A DNA stretch of 63,236 nucleotides from IMG/VR virus record IMGVR_UViG_3300045988_160579; one strand, 5' to 3'. The notes beneath the pieces were generated by a model that worked only from the letters and a program-made list of their open reading frames with translations, was not told where the DNA came from and searched no databases. Below are positions 25,901 through 34,324 of the stretch, in pieces. This stretch comes from a virus. Within the stretch, counting starts at the first letter, position 1, and each line of letters opens with the position of its first letter. Made by a program: the position numbers and the translations under genes.

Positions 25901-26842
25901 GCTATTAGCAAATTCAAATTCAACAATGGAACCAACACCTTCACGCAGTTGTGTAAACATCTTAACAATCCCTCCAGCAACAGCTTGTGCACCAATATAT
26001 CCAGCAGCCCATCCTTTCAATCCTGCACTAACTTGGCTTAGCCCAGGAGCCATCTCCGTTTTAAGCATCCTTCCTGCATTCCGGGCAATAATACCCATAT
26101 TCTGCATGGACTTATTACCGTTCTGTATCTCAACCCATGCAGCCTTCACTTCTTCCCGGTATGCACCAATTGTCATTTTCTGTTGACTATATCGATCGGA
26201 ATTTCGCTTTATGTAATCAGTGTTGATTCCAATAGTAGAATTAAGACGGGCAAGTGTACGAATATAGTTTTCATCCGTATCTTTCAAAACATCAACAGCC
26301 TTTTGCAGCTGCTTATTCATTTCCTTTGCTTGTGAACGGCTATGTACTTCCTGATTAGTCAAGGTAATAGCAGTTCTGATAAGTTTTAAACGTTCTTCTT
26401 CAGATAAAACAGCTTTCTTACGAGTAGTATTACCGGCATTCTGCGCTTTTGTCAAGTTAGCTTCCGCTTTAGCAGCCTTTTCCAAGGACGCAGCATTATC
26501 CGAGTTTGCCTTGGTTAGTTTCTTCAATTCAGCAGCAGATAATTTCTCTACATTTAGCTTTTCCTCTATCTTCTTACTGACAGTTTGAGTTATTTCAGAC
26601 TGTTTTCTAAGAGCCTCGGTTAATTCAGCAGATGCAGAACCAGCCGTTTTTGCTTGAGTATTATAAAGATTACTCAACTTTTCAAGATCAGCAACGCCTT
26701 CTACATTTAGTTTCAAACCTTTTGCTAATTCTTTGGCCGCATTAACATAATCAGCCCTCACACGCTCAATAGTATTATCAAGCTCCACCAATTTCTGCAA
26801 ATCGTTCTCATCAACGAAATCTTTTAATTTTAAATCTGCCAT
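22937..26842 (-). CDS. tail tape measure protein
   Basis: 1301 aa with long coiled coils. TP901-type core: LAAILGTTADNIKELTTDARQLGATTKYTAAQATELQIELAKLGF. Confidence 0.9.
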   Translation of the reverse strand: MADLKLKDFVDENDLQKLVELDNTIERVRADYVNAAKELAKGLKLNVEGVADLEKLSNLYNTQAKTAGSASAELTEALRKQSEITQTVSKKIEEKLNVEKLSAAELKKLTKANSDNAASLEKAAKAEANLTKAQNAGNTTRKKAVLSEEERLKLIRTAITLTNQEVHSRSQAKEMNKQLQKAVDVLKDTDENYIRTLARLNSTIGINTDYIKRNSDRYSQQKMTIGAYREEVKAAWVEIQNGNKSMQNMGIIARNAGRMLKTEMAPGLSQVSAGLKGWAAGYIGAQAVAGGIVKMFTQLREGVGSIVEFEFANSKLAAILGTTADNIKELTTDARQLGATTKYTAAQATELQIELAKLGFTRREILDSTGAILRFAQATGAELSDAAALSGAALRMFNASTKETERYVSAMAVATSKSALSFSYLATALPIVGPVAKAFNFQIEDTLALLGKLADAGFDASMSATATRNILLNLADGNGKLAKALGEPVKTLPELVVGLKKLKEQGVDLNTTLELTDKRSVAAFNAFLTASDKIVPLRDQITGVDKELTDMADTMSNNVKGSIAGLSSAWEAFMLSFYDSKGIMKDVLDFLARGLRNVATQLKGYSELQDEADNKAVAFAQKEMMKSDILEKNARNMQRLYKEYINSGMSADEAAKKAKEDYIETLKSRLEYENSDYQLAIDNRKKLEGELKDRGFFTILTSWRRTNNVIKDEIDVATKAAAGKKAISSITESLIEQLDTIDLKENGGTKGNSVKVLTDKEKREQEKALKEKLKIHETYQESELALMDEGLEKELAKIGVAYSKKIAAVKGNSKEEIATRQNLAKEMQEKLDEFTIKYNSDREKKDVENALAVVKKGSQEELDLKLHQLELQREAEIDAAEKTGEDVFLIDDKYAKKKQELYERHASDQVQLIAENAAHEQEIRDAAYVMDTLALKKQLASKEITQQEYAELEYQLKLDYVRKTTEAAIDALELELRNENLSAEDRAKIAEQLRKLKADLSQQEAEAEIDAINKVTKADEKAQKERQRNLKKWLQTASQAVGAIGDLVSTIYDGQIQKIEEEQEANDEKYDKDVERIQNLADSGAISEEEAEARKRAAKERTEAKNAELEKQKQEMARKQAIWEKATSVAQAGIATALAITEALPNIPLSIVIGAMGAIQVATILATPIPSYADGTQGNDRHPGGAALVGDAGKHEVIMYSGKAWITPDTPTLVDIPKGAQVFPDVDKVDISNFDIPDWDFPTFSPTYFASSSGDTIVFNDYSRLEKRVDRTNFLLMKSLKMQRQDASNREFELYKLSKLK

Positions 26843-26844
26843 AA

Positions 26845-27033
26845 TTACAGGTAATGTCTATATTCAACAATCTTTCCTTTTATCTCAACTCCTAGTTTAT
26901 CAAAAGCATAGGTACCATCTTCTTTCTGATAAACGACATACATGCAACCATCCAAGACAGCTGCTTTCTTTGCAAGATCACTGATACGTTCCAGTTCACT
27001 CTGCATCTTTTTTATTTCGCAACTACAAGCCAT
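26845..27033 (-). CDS. hypothetical protein (possible tail assembly chaperone part)
   Basis: 62 aa. Immediately upstream of the tape measure gene. Confidence 0.4.
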   Translation of the reverse strand: MACSCEIKKMQSELERISDLAKKAAVLDGCMYVVYQKEDGTYAFDKLGVEIKGKIVEYRHYL

Positions 27034-27036
27034 TTT

Positions 27037-27558
27037 CTACCGATATCCACATTCTGAAAAGAAACGTTCCATCCAGGGACGGAGATACATAATATTAAAG
27101 TACTCTTTAGCTGTATCACCAATGCCTAAAATCTGCTCACCGTATTTCTTCTCAATAGAACTACCGTCCGTAAATCCTTTCGTTGAGAATCGAAGCCCGG
27201 AATCAATTCTATCGGCAGTTATGCTATCATAGAAAGTACCAGTAATAAAGAGGTTAGGTACCTCAACCGGACGCGGTGGCAAATAAAGCATCTCACTTCT
27301 AAGAGGTGGAGTTATCCTCTCCTTCCATCGTTTATATTGTTCCGCACGGTTCTGCCAGGGACCGGGCTCGTTAAAATAGGTGTCAGTATCATAATCAGGA
27401 TTCAATAGATGTTCAGTACCGTCCAGACCGGAATATAATTGCTCCTGAATGCAATCAACGAGCACATTCTTATGTTCTTCCATACACCTAATACATTCCT
27501 CTTCAAACCCGGATGCAATGGAATGAATAACTCTATGTAATTCATCAAAATCTGCCAT
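27037..27558 (-). CDS. hypothetical virion/tail assembly protein
   Basis: 173 aa. Lies between the tail tube candidate and the tape measure gene. Confidence 0.45.
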   Translation of the reverse strand: MADFDELHRVIHSIASGFEEECIRCMEEHKNVLVDCIQEQLYSGLDGTEHLLNPDYDTDTYFNEPGPWQNRAEQYKRWKERITPPLRSEMLYLPPRPVEVPNLFITGTFYDSITADRIDSGLRFSTKGFTDGSSIEKKYGEQILGIGDTAKEYFNIMYLRPWMERFFSECGYR

Positions 27559-27607
27559 ACAGTAAAAATATAACGGGCCGGGCTGTAATCACACCCCAGC
27601 CCGTCGG

Positions 27608-27763
27608 TTACTTAGTTATCGCATCGTACACTTCCGAGAGCTTCTTCTTGCGGTCAGCTTCCTTCAGTTCCTGCCACACGACTTTAATGTGTGCATTAAT
27701 AAACTCTTCCTTCGTCATGCCCTTCACAGCAACCTCGACGAACGTAACATTATCTACCTTCAT
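27608..27763 (-). CDS. small hypothetical protein (51 aa)
   Basis: ORF below the track cutoff (MKVDNVTFVEVAVKGMTKEEF...VYDAITK). ATGA overlap with the stop of 27760..28599. Confidence 0.4.
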   Translation of the reverse strand: MKVDNVTFVEVAVKGMTKEEFINAHIKVVWQELKEADRKKKLSEVYDAITK

Positions 27764-28599
27764 GACACCTGCTCGATACCTCTGATTCCTTTTTCATACA
27801 ATACAGAAGGAGCTTTCAACGAAGGAACCGCCCCGGCTTTAGGAACAATGGTAATGATACCATCCGAATATGTAGCAGAAGTTACGTTATTCATAACTTC
27901 AGCAGCACCATCAGCAATAAGACTGCCAAATTCTTCTGTACGGTCATAACCACCAACAACTTCAACTATTTTGTAAGTATTTTCGGCCTCCAACTTTTGA
28001 AACACAACATCAACCAAGCCTTTAACGAAATTCTTGGGATTGAAGTCTAACTGCACGTAGTCAAAGTGCAACTGGCTGTCTTCCACATCTTCATGTGAAA
28101 AACTAACAGTCATCGCAGATTTAGCACTACTGGTCGGGTACTGTGTCACGGTCGGGTAAACAGTAGACATCGGAATACCGGCAAGGATATCAGTGTCATC
28201 ATTATAACCGATCAACATATTATCCTGATTCCAAAAGTAAACGTCCCATCCTTTATTGGCACATTTCAGAAGCTGGGCATTCAAAACCTCATCAAATTTC
28301 TTCAAAGTGAAGGTGTCTGTTTGAGCGCTAAGCCCGTTGTATTCACTTGCACCGTACCCTACAGCATTAACTTGGGGCTCTCCACCATTCTTGGCATACT
28401 CCAGAAATGGCAAAATAGGGTAAATACGCCCGGGACGGTCTGCATGGCACAATTCGAGCAACTTCTCACCTGTTATATCAGCAGGGAGTTTGACACCATG
28501 TTCTGTCAAGATAGCACCTTTGACTTTTTTCCAGTCAATGCTACAAGCAGAACTACCAGTGTTCATCCGGGAACCCTTACACGTTCTAATCTTTCTCAT
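27760..28599 (-). CDS. candidate major tail (tube) protein
   Basis: 279 aa. Positioned after the head-tail connector genes and before the chaperone and tape measure genes. Confidence 0.4.
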   Translation of the reverse strand: MRKIRTCKGSRMNTGSSACSIDWKKVKGAILTEHGVKLPADITGEKLLELCHADRPGRIYPILPFLEYAKNGGEPQVNAVGYGASEYNGLSAQTDTFTLKKFDEVLNAQLLKCANKGWDVYFWNQDNMLIGYNDDTDILAGIPMSTVYPTVTQYPTSSAKSAMTVSFSHEDVEDSQLHFDYVQLDFNPKNFVKGLVDVVFQKLEAENTYKIVEVVGGYDRTEEFGSLIADGAAEVMNNVTSATYSDGIITIVPKAGAVPSLKAPSVLYEKGIRGIEQVS

Positions 28600-29168
28600 T
28601 TTCTTCTACAATTAAGATTATTAATTTTTATTTCCATCGAGCGTATATTTATGGCATCAATCGGCTCGCTCACAGCCTCACCGGAATCTGTATAGGCTCC
28701 GTATCTGCCATATGAATAGTTTTCTGAATAACTATGTTTCACTTTTTCGTCATAGTCGCAGTCGAACCGAGAATCTTCATATAATACTTCCAATAAACGT
28801 TTATAAATTGGCCGAAGGATATTTTTAAAAGATGTGGTTCTGCGCATCTCATTGCTCCACTCTTTACAAGAAGAACATGCTATAATTAACGAAACCTTTG
28901 CTTTTGAAAAATAATCCGCGTCACCTCTATCCTCACTAATTGGAGTGAATAGTGCAACCAATGGAAACTTCCTTTCAGACTGGGCAGAAGACTTACTGTA
29001 TTCATCTAAAATATCTTTGATATATTGACTGCTACCGAAGATGTAATTCAACCTTGGGGACTTCACAACTTTAGTTCCCCCTTTCCCATTTGGATAGAGG
29101 ATTTCAAGCCCTTCTGGAAGTTCCTTTACAATCTCCTCAAACAGTTCTGTTATATCTAAATCTATCAT
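28596..29168 (-). CDS. head-tail joining protein (assigned by position)
   Basis: 190 aa with 4-nt overlaps on both sides. Confidence 0.4.
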   Translation of the reverse strand: MIDLDITELFEEIVKELPEGLEILYPNGKGGTKVVKSPRLNYIFGSSQYIKDILDEYSKSSAQSERKFPLVALFTPISEDRGDADYFSKAKVSLIIACSSCKEWSNEMRRTTSFKNILRPIYKRLLEVLYEDSRFDCDYDEKVKHSYSENYSYGRYGAYTDSGEAVSEPIDAINIRSMEIKINNLNCRRK

Positions 29169-29707
29169 AAATTGAAAGCATTAATTGGGGTCAAAAGATC
29201 CTTGGTTATTTTCACATCGAAAGGACAATCATTCGACATAGCCCATTCAACAAACTGTTTATTCTTCTCTACCATGCTATTCCATGTGCTTACTTGTCTC
29301 TTCAAAGGAGCTACATATTCATTAGCACATTTCAAACGGACAAGCCCGGTTATTGTAGCCTGGGTGTTTGCGTCACGAAGAATATGATAAAAGACATAGT
29401 CAGCGAACGGTTCACACAGCTTCTCGCATAATACTGCATATCCGGACTGGGGGGCTTCCTTCTCTTCTGAAATATCAACTTCATCTGAAGAATCTTCCTT
29501 TTCCCGTTCAATAAGCTCCAAATAATCTGTGATAGCTTGGGAAAGAGTCACACCAACAACATTCCGGAGAAATTCGGGCTGAAATACCTTAATATACCCA
29601 TTTATCACCTCATTCACAGCAAGAGATTGGGGCGAAGGCATTTCAGCGACCGAAACATTCTCAATATGCCTGGGACCTGACATAAAATATGAAACATCAA
29701 TCAACAT
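29165..29707 (-). CDS. head-tail connector/adaptor protein (assigned by position)
   Basis: 180 aa. Downstream of the capsid genes. Confidence 0.4.
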   Translation of the reverse strand: MLIDVSYFMSGPRHIENVSVAEMPSPQSLAVNEVINGYIKVFQPEFLRNVVGVTLSQAITDYLELIEREKEDSSDEVDISEEKEAPQSGYAVLCEKLCEPFADYVFYHILRDANTQATITGLVRLKCANEYVAPLKRQVSTWNSMVEKNKQFVEWAMSNDCPFDVKITKDLLTPINAFNL

Positions 29708-29715
29708 AGCGATAG

Positions 29716-30138
29716 TTATTTAGAAGTCTTGCCTTTCCCGGTTTTCTTTTCATCTTCCACGGAAACGGCTTTATCATCTGTAACAGTTACCTCCTTGGCA
29801 TCTTCCTCTTGCAAATCTTTTGAATCGGCAACCGGAAGATTCTTTTCATCAGAAGGCACCTGTACTTCAAGTTCTGCAATGCGAGCTTTCATTGTTTCAC
29901 GCTCTTCTGTCAGTTCAACAATTGTCTTATCTTTCTCTACAATGGATGCAGTAAGCCTGCCAATCTCTTCATTTTTCTCTGCAAGCATACATTCCAATGT
30001 CTTTCGGGCATCTTCTTCTGTAACAAGACCACATTCGGAAATAGGGATGAGTTGAATCATCCCTCTATTAATCCGAATGCGTTGCTCTTTAAGCACATTG
30101 GTTACATCCTTATCGTTACCTCTAAGTATGTAATCCAT
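29716..30138 (-). CDS. hypothetical coiled-coil protein after the capsid gene
   Basis: 140 aa with an acidic, Lys-rich tail. Confidence 0.45.
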   Translation of the reverse strand: MDYILRGNDKDVTNVLKEQRIRINRGMIQLIPISECGLVTEEDARKTLECMLAEKNEEIGRLTASIVEKDKTIVELTEERETMKARIAELEVQVPSDEKNLPVADSKDLQEEDAKEVTVTDDKAVSVEDEKKTGKGKTSK

Positions 30139-30142
30139 AATC

Positions 30143-31720
30143 CTACGCTTTAGTTATTGCAGTCTTCAATGCGGCCAAATCCCCATAAGCGAAAGCCCAC
30201 GGCATATAAATCGGGAAGATAACTTCTTCTTGTGCCATCAGCACAACTTCATTGCAAAGCTTGGTCTCCACATCTTCAGCCCATTCAAGTGTCAAAGTGG
30301 TATAATCAACCAAATTTGCAGCTTGGTTAAAGTCACCTAAAAGATACTTACCTGGAAGAATACCACCATACTCGATAATCGGACGACCGGCAATATATTT
30401 CACCCCATCAACCATTTTAACGATACCAAGATTACGTCCTGTCGTATCTTTCTCTGATTCCATACCGTTAACAGTCATTGGATTAAGAATAATAGCATTC
30501 GGAAAATACTGGGCATATGTCATTGCGGCGAAAGCTGTTTTCACTACATCTTCAGAGTTGGGTTCCTCAATGTTCTTAAAGCCGGCTTCATGAACACTGA
30601 ATGTCATTTTATCCGTAGCCGTTTCAGCACCGGAGAACGCGACACCAGGAATAAGGATACGACCATCTTCCATTTTCACAAGAGCGTGTGTTTTGTTCAG
30701 TTCTGTAAGAACAGCGGCGCCAGCGAACGTGATACTCATTCCATCAAGAATCAAATCCTGTGGTTCTGCAAACTCTACAATCACATCCTTATCACCGTTA
30801 TATCCGGTAATAGCTTTTACAGCACCGGCGGCACCTGTAACAATGGCTGTACTAATAATCTTCTCTACAGAAGTCACCCCAGTATTATTAATAATACCAA
30901 GCAAATTCTCACCATTACCGTCACCAAACAAGATGTTCCAGTCTTCTGCCATCCAAACAGCTTCAGGAAGCATGTTCAAGATGTAGGAACGAATGTACAC
31001 TCTTGATTTCAACATACGTTTTGAAATACGGATATGAGTACCAAGGCGCTTAGTTCCTGTCTGTATCTCTTTTACCTTGATGCTTGATTCAGGCAAACGC
31101 CCATTCTCTGTTACAAAACGGGCATTGCGGTTGAAAGCATATACTTGTGCATAGGCAAGTTGAGGGTATGCAGGATCAGCAGTCAACGTCGTTAATACAT
31201 CACGCATATGCAACTTTTTGTTGGCAACCTGAGTCACAACACGTTTCTGTTGTTGAGTAATCAACAAATCACCGGTGTAATTGTCAGTCATGGAAACGAC
31301 ATCTTTCAAGGAGAAGCCGTCAAACTCTCCTGATTTGCGTGTTTTTCCTTCTGCGAAATCTCTGAATTTTTCAGAATCAAGCATCTCGTTCAACTTCTCA
31401 TCGAACTTGTTGATAGCATTCATAGACAAGCCCTTTTGTTTCATTTTCTCAATACTTTCTCCAAGGGTCTTTACCTGGGCAACGAGTTCTTCATTGTCTT
31501 TAACCAATTGCTGGAACTTCTCATTGTCATAGGATTTCAGCAATTTATTAATATCGTCAAACTGTTTTGATACCTCATCCGGTGATGCAATTCCTTCAAG
31601 GGACTTGTTTACTACTTCACACATCATGCCGACGATGTTTTCCATAAACGCCTTCTGTTCTGCCGGCAAGCCGTCCGTTTTCAGATTAAAATCTGATACT
31701 GTAAATTTTCTAATTGGCAT
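30143..31720 (-). CDS. major capsid protein (HK97-fold type with N-terminal coiled-coil delta region)
   Basis: 525 aa. Follows the prohead protease. N-terminal coiled coil (QQLVKDNEELVAQVKTLGESIEKMKQKG), then a large beta-rich domain. Confidence 0.75.
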   Translation of the reverse strand: MPIRKFTVSDFNLKTDGLPAEQKAFMENIVGMMCEVVNKSLEGIASPDEVSKQFDDINKLLKSYDNEKFQQLVKDNEELVAQVKTLGESIEKMKQKGLSMNAINKFDEKLNEMLDSEKFRDFAEGKTRKSGEFDGFSLKDVVSMTDNYTGDLLITQQQKRVVTQVANKKLHMRDVLTTLTADPAYPQLAYAQVYAFNRNARFVTENGRLPESSIKVKEIQTGTKRLGTHIRISKRMLKSRVYIRSYILNMLPEAVWMAEDWNILFGDGNGENLLGIINNTGVTSVEKIISTAIVTGAAGAVKAITGYNGDKDVIVEFAEPQDLILDGMSITFAGAAVLTELNKTHALVKMEDGRILIPGVAFSGAETATDKMTFSVHEAGFKNIEEPNSEDVVKTAFAAMTYAQYFPNAIILNPMTVNGMESEKDTTGRNLGIVKMVDGVKYIAGRPIIEYGGILPGKYLLGDFNQAANLVDYTTLTLEWAEDVETKLCNEVVLMAQEEVIFPIYMPWAFAYGDLAALKTAITKA

Positions 31721-31737
31721 AAAATTTAAATTTTAAG

Positions 31738-32814
31738 TTATTTATTCTCGAAACAGCTATTCAAACTCTTAAAATCGAGTAAAGTGCCATTATCAGCGGC
31801 TTTAATCGTCACTTCATCGTTCCCATTTTCCCCGTCATTCTTTTCTTGAGTGTCAACAGACGGCTCATTTTTTCCGGTGGTATCTTCAGAAGTGTTTTGC
31901 AGAATAGCATTCGAACGATATACTTTTCCCCAACAGTGGGGACATCTTACATAATTCATAAGGTCTTGTAGACCCTTTTGAGAAAATTCTTTCTTTTCTG
32001 ATTTGACAGAATCAATAAGAGAAATTACTTGGGTTCTAATCTCCGGAGTGAGCTTCTCCATTTCTTCCCTTACAATGTCCTGTGTTATCCATCTCTGATA
32101 ATCAGCAGCATAATCTAATACCTGTTGGGCAAAGGTATGCTCTGTTTCTGCATCATAATCAAATTGATGACCACAATGAGGACATGAGACAACGGCACCA
32201 CCGTTGAGGCTCTTCAGTAATAAACTTAATTCCATATCGTATCCTTTTAAACGTTCATCACTATATCCATGCTGCAAGAACGCTTTCCGAACGAAATCAA
32301 CAGCCTCCTTTACCTGGTCGGCAGTAGCAGACTTAATATTCACAAGGAAAGTCTGGGGATTACTCCCCCAACTTGTCAATGTTGAATATTCCATCATACG
32401 CCATTCAAGCACTTTACAGGGATCAACAGAATCTCTTTTAATGGCCTTGACCCCAATAGAATGTTCAAGTGTTCTGCCATTCTCTGCAAACAGTTTATAA
32501 TCAGCTAACGTATCACGGCCAATCTGTTTTTCAAGATTTAACTGACCGACCATAACCAAATTACCTTCTGTTTCCTTACCACTCAACGGAACACCTAACA
32601 ACTGGTCTGTACGATGATTCAGGAACCAACGCATCCGACCAATATTTTCTTTCAATGTCTTATTGAATGAGCCGGGCATAGATATGTCATTTTGTGAGTC
32701 CTTCACACCGATACCATTCACCGCAACGGTAACGATACCCTTCTCATCAACATCATTTGCCTTTGTCTTGTACTGAAGGCTTTTGATTTTCTCTTCCATC
32801 TTTTTCATCTCCAC
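31738..32814 (-). CDS. prohead protease (HK97 family-like) with a Cys-containing C-terminal extension
   Basis: 358 aa. N-terminal VNGIGVKDSQNDISMPGSFNKTLKEN..RMRWFLNHRTDQLLGVP. C-terminal half contains SCPHCGHQF and RCPHCWGKV. Confidence 0.65.
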   Translation of the reverse strand: MEMKKMEEKIKSLQYKTKANDVDEKGIVTVAVNGIGVKDSQNDISMPGSFNKTLKENIGRMRWFLNHRTDQLLGVPLSGKETEGNLVMVGQLNLEKQIGRDTLADYKLFAENGRTLEHSIGVKAIKRDSVDPCKVLEWRMMEYSTLTSWGSNPQTFLVNIKSATADQVKEAVDFVRKAFLQHGYSDERLKGYDMELSLLLKSLNGGAVVSCPHCGHQFDYDAETEHTFAQQVLDYAADYQRWITQDIVREEMEKLTPEIRTQVISLIDSVKSEKKEFSQKGLQDLMNYVRCPHCWGKVYRSNAILQNTSEDTTGKNEPSVDTQEKNDGENGNDEVTIKAADNGTLLDFKSLNSCFENK

Positions 32815-34198
32815 TTTTAGTGTTAAAAACTCGATTTACTTTATCCAGTTCCTCATCTGACATATCAAATTTCAATTTGTCAAACAAGGGATTTTCTATC
32901 ATACTTTCACCTATTTGGGCACGCCAGTCATTGAGCGTTATAAGTCCACATGAGAATTGTTCACGACAACGTTTATTTATATTTGTCTTTACGTCCTCGG
33001 ATTCTTTCAATCCTTCCTGCAAACAATCAACATCAGAGAAATCACAATCCAAATAATATCCCCCTCCTTCAAGACCAAGGAAAGCTGTAAAATCCTTGCA
33101 GAATTGTTTGGCCATAGGAATAACAGTTGAACAATATACGCTCTTTTCAGCAGTAGCCTGATTGCTAAATGTGGACTGGTCTTTTCGCGGAACAAGAACG
33201 GCAGGGATGCCGTATGCCCCTGCAATATTTATTGCATCAGCCAAAGTCTCTTCAAACGGCTGTAACTCTGCAATAGAAAGATTAGTACGAACAAAGTCAA
33301 TATCTGCATCTGAAATACCATAAGGTACCTGACCCTTCCTTACACCATACTTCTCAAAATTTTGCTTCAAAAGCTGTTCCTTTTCATCGTCAGTCAACGC
33401 TATTGAACCGGTAGCATCAGTTTTCTTACTTACAATAAAGCCCAATCCACCCCGCTTTACATAAATCACATTTCTAGCTTCATATACAGCTATTAGATTT
33501 GACATTGGCTTATTTTGGGAAGCAAGACGACTTTTGGACTTCAAGAACATAGCCCCTGAATAGAACTCTGCACTTCCGTCTCTATCATGCCATATTTGGT
33601 ATGGAGGAATTTCCAAACTACCATTCCAACCATACTCCAAACGATAGCTACGAATAATATCTTCTGTTTGGGCAATACCAAACAATGGCATATTCCCGTA
33701 AACAGGTTCTACAATAGTCTTATCAGAAGGTAGCACCCAATAATTATCGCAATATCTCCATTTTTCAGCTGTAGAAAAGACATCAGGCATAGCGGCACGA
33801 ATAAAGCTATTCCCTGTACACAATTTATAAATATGGTGCTGATAAATCAATTCTTTCCAACGCATCAAACAATTAGGACGACTAAGTATGCCATTCATTC
33901 GTTTATTCGCCCATACTATACTGTCATCCTTAGTTTTCTTCAATTGAAAATTAGCACCTGCAATTCGCGATGCAATATAATCGATCGGGAAAAAGACTTC
34001 AGGTATCGTACTGAATAGCGTTAGATAGTTACTGCCCGCTACAATAGGACTAGTAAGGTCCTCAATGTATGCAACTGACCATTTTTCAGCCTTGCCACTT
34101 TGAGTATCTATATCCTTATTTTCAGATGAAGTAACTATTTCAACTTCACCTTTAGTCTTAGATTTCTTTCCAAATAGATTATCAAAAAAAATATTCAT
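32753..34198 (-). CDS. portal protein
   Basis: 481 aa. Lies between the large terminase and the protease. Acidic C-terminus. Confidence 0.7.
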   Translation of the reverse strand: MNIFFDNLFGKKSKTKGEVEIVTSSENKDIDTQSGKAEKWSVAYIEDLTSPIVAGSNYLTLFSTIPEVFFPIDYIASRIAGANFQLKKTKDDSIVWANKRMNGILSRPNCLMRWKELIYQHHIYKLCTGNSFIRAAMPDVFSTAEKWRYCDNYWVLPSDKTIVEPVYGNMPLFGIAQTEDIIRSYRLEYGWNGSLEIPPYQIWHDRDGSAEFYSGAMFLKSKSRLASQNKPMSNLIAVYEARNVIYVKRGGLGFIVSKKTDATGSIALTDDEKEQLLKQNFEKYGVRKGQVPYGISDADIDFVRTNLSIAELQPFEETLADAINIAGAYGIPAVLVPRKDQSTFSNQATAEKSVYCSTVIPMAKQFCKDFTAFLGLEGGGYYLDCDFSDVDCLQEGLKESEDVKTNINKRCREQFSCGLITLNDWRAQIGESMIENPLFDKLKFDMSDEELDKVNRVFNTKSGDEKDGRENQKPSVQDKGK

Positions 34199-34324
34199 TG
34201 GGTTCCTTTTTGAGCAAAACTAAGTAAAAAGGAAAACCGTTTTCCAAAACACTAAAATCTTGAAATTACGAAAACATAACACCAACAATATAACATCCTT
34301 ATTTTCAATCACATATAACGTAAT

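Noticed and set aside
22937-26842. Many plus-strand ORFs of 60-180 aa inside large minus-strand genes. Examples: 23064..23315, 24534..24812, 25170..25574 and 25848..26186. The same pattern occurs at 10314..10838, 12200..12745, 13790..14344, 14966..15439 and 55532..56020.
   Set aside because: They are antisense to long genes with clear family signatures and have low-complexity, Ser/Cys/Phe-rich translations with no start context. I treat them as shadow ORFs.
26845-27558. A programmed -1 frameshift between the two ORFs upstream of the tape measure gene (the tail assembly chaperone G/GT pattern).
   Set aside because: I found no XXXYYYZ slippery heptamer near the end of ORF 27037..27558. The next ORF starts with its own ATG 4 nt after the stop, so there is no positive evidence for a frameshift.
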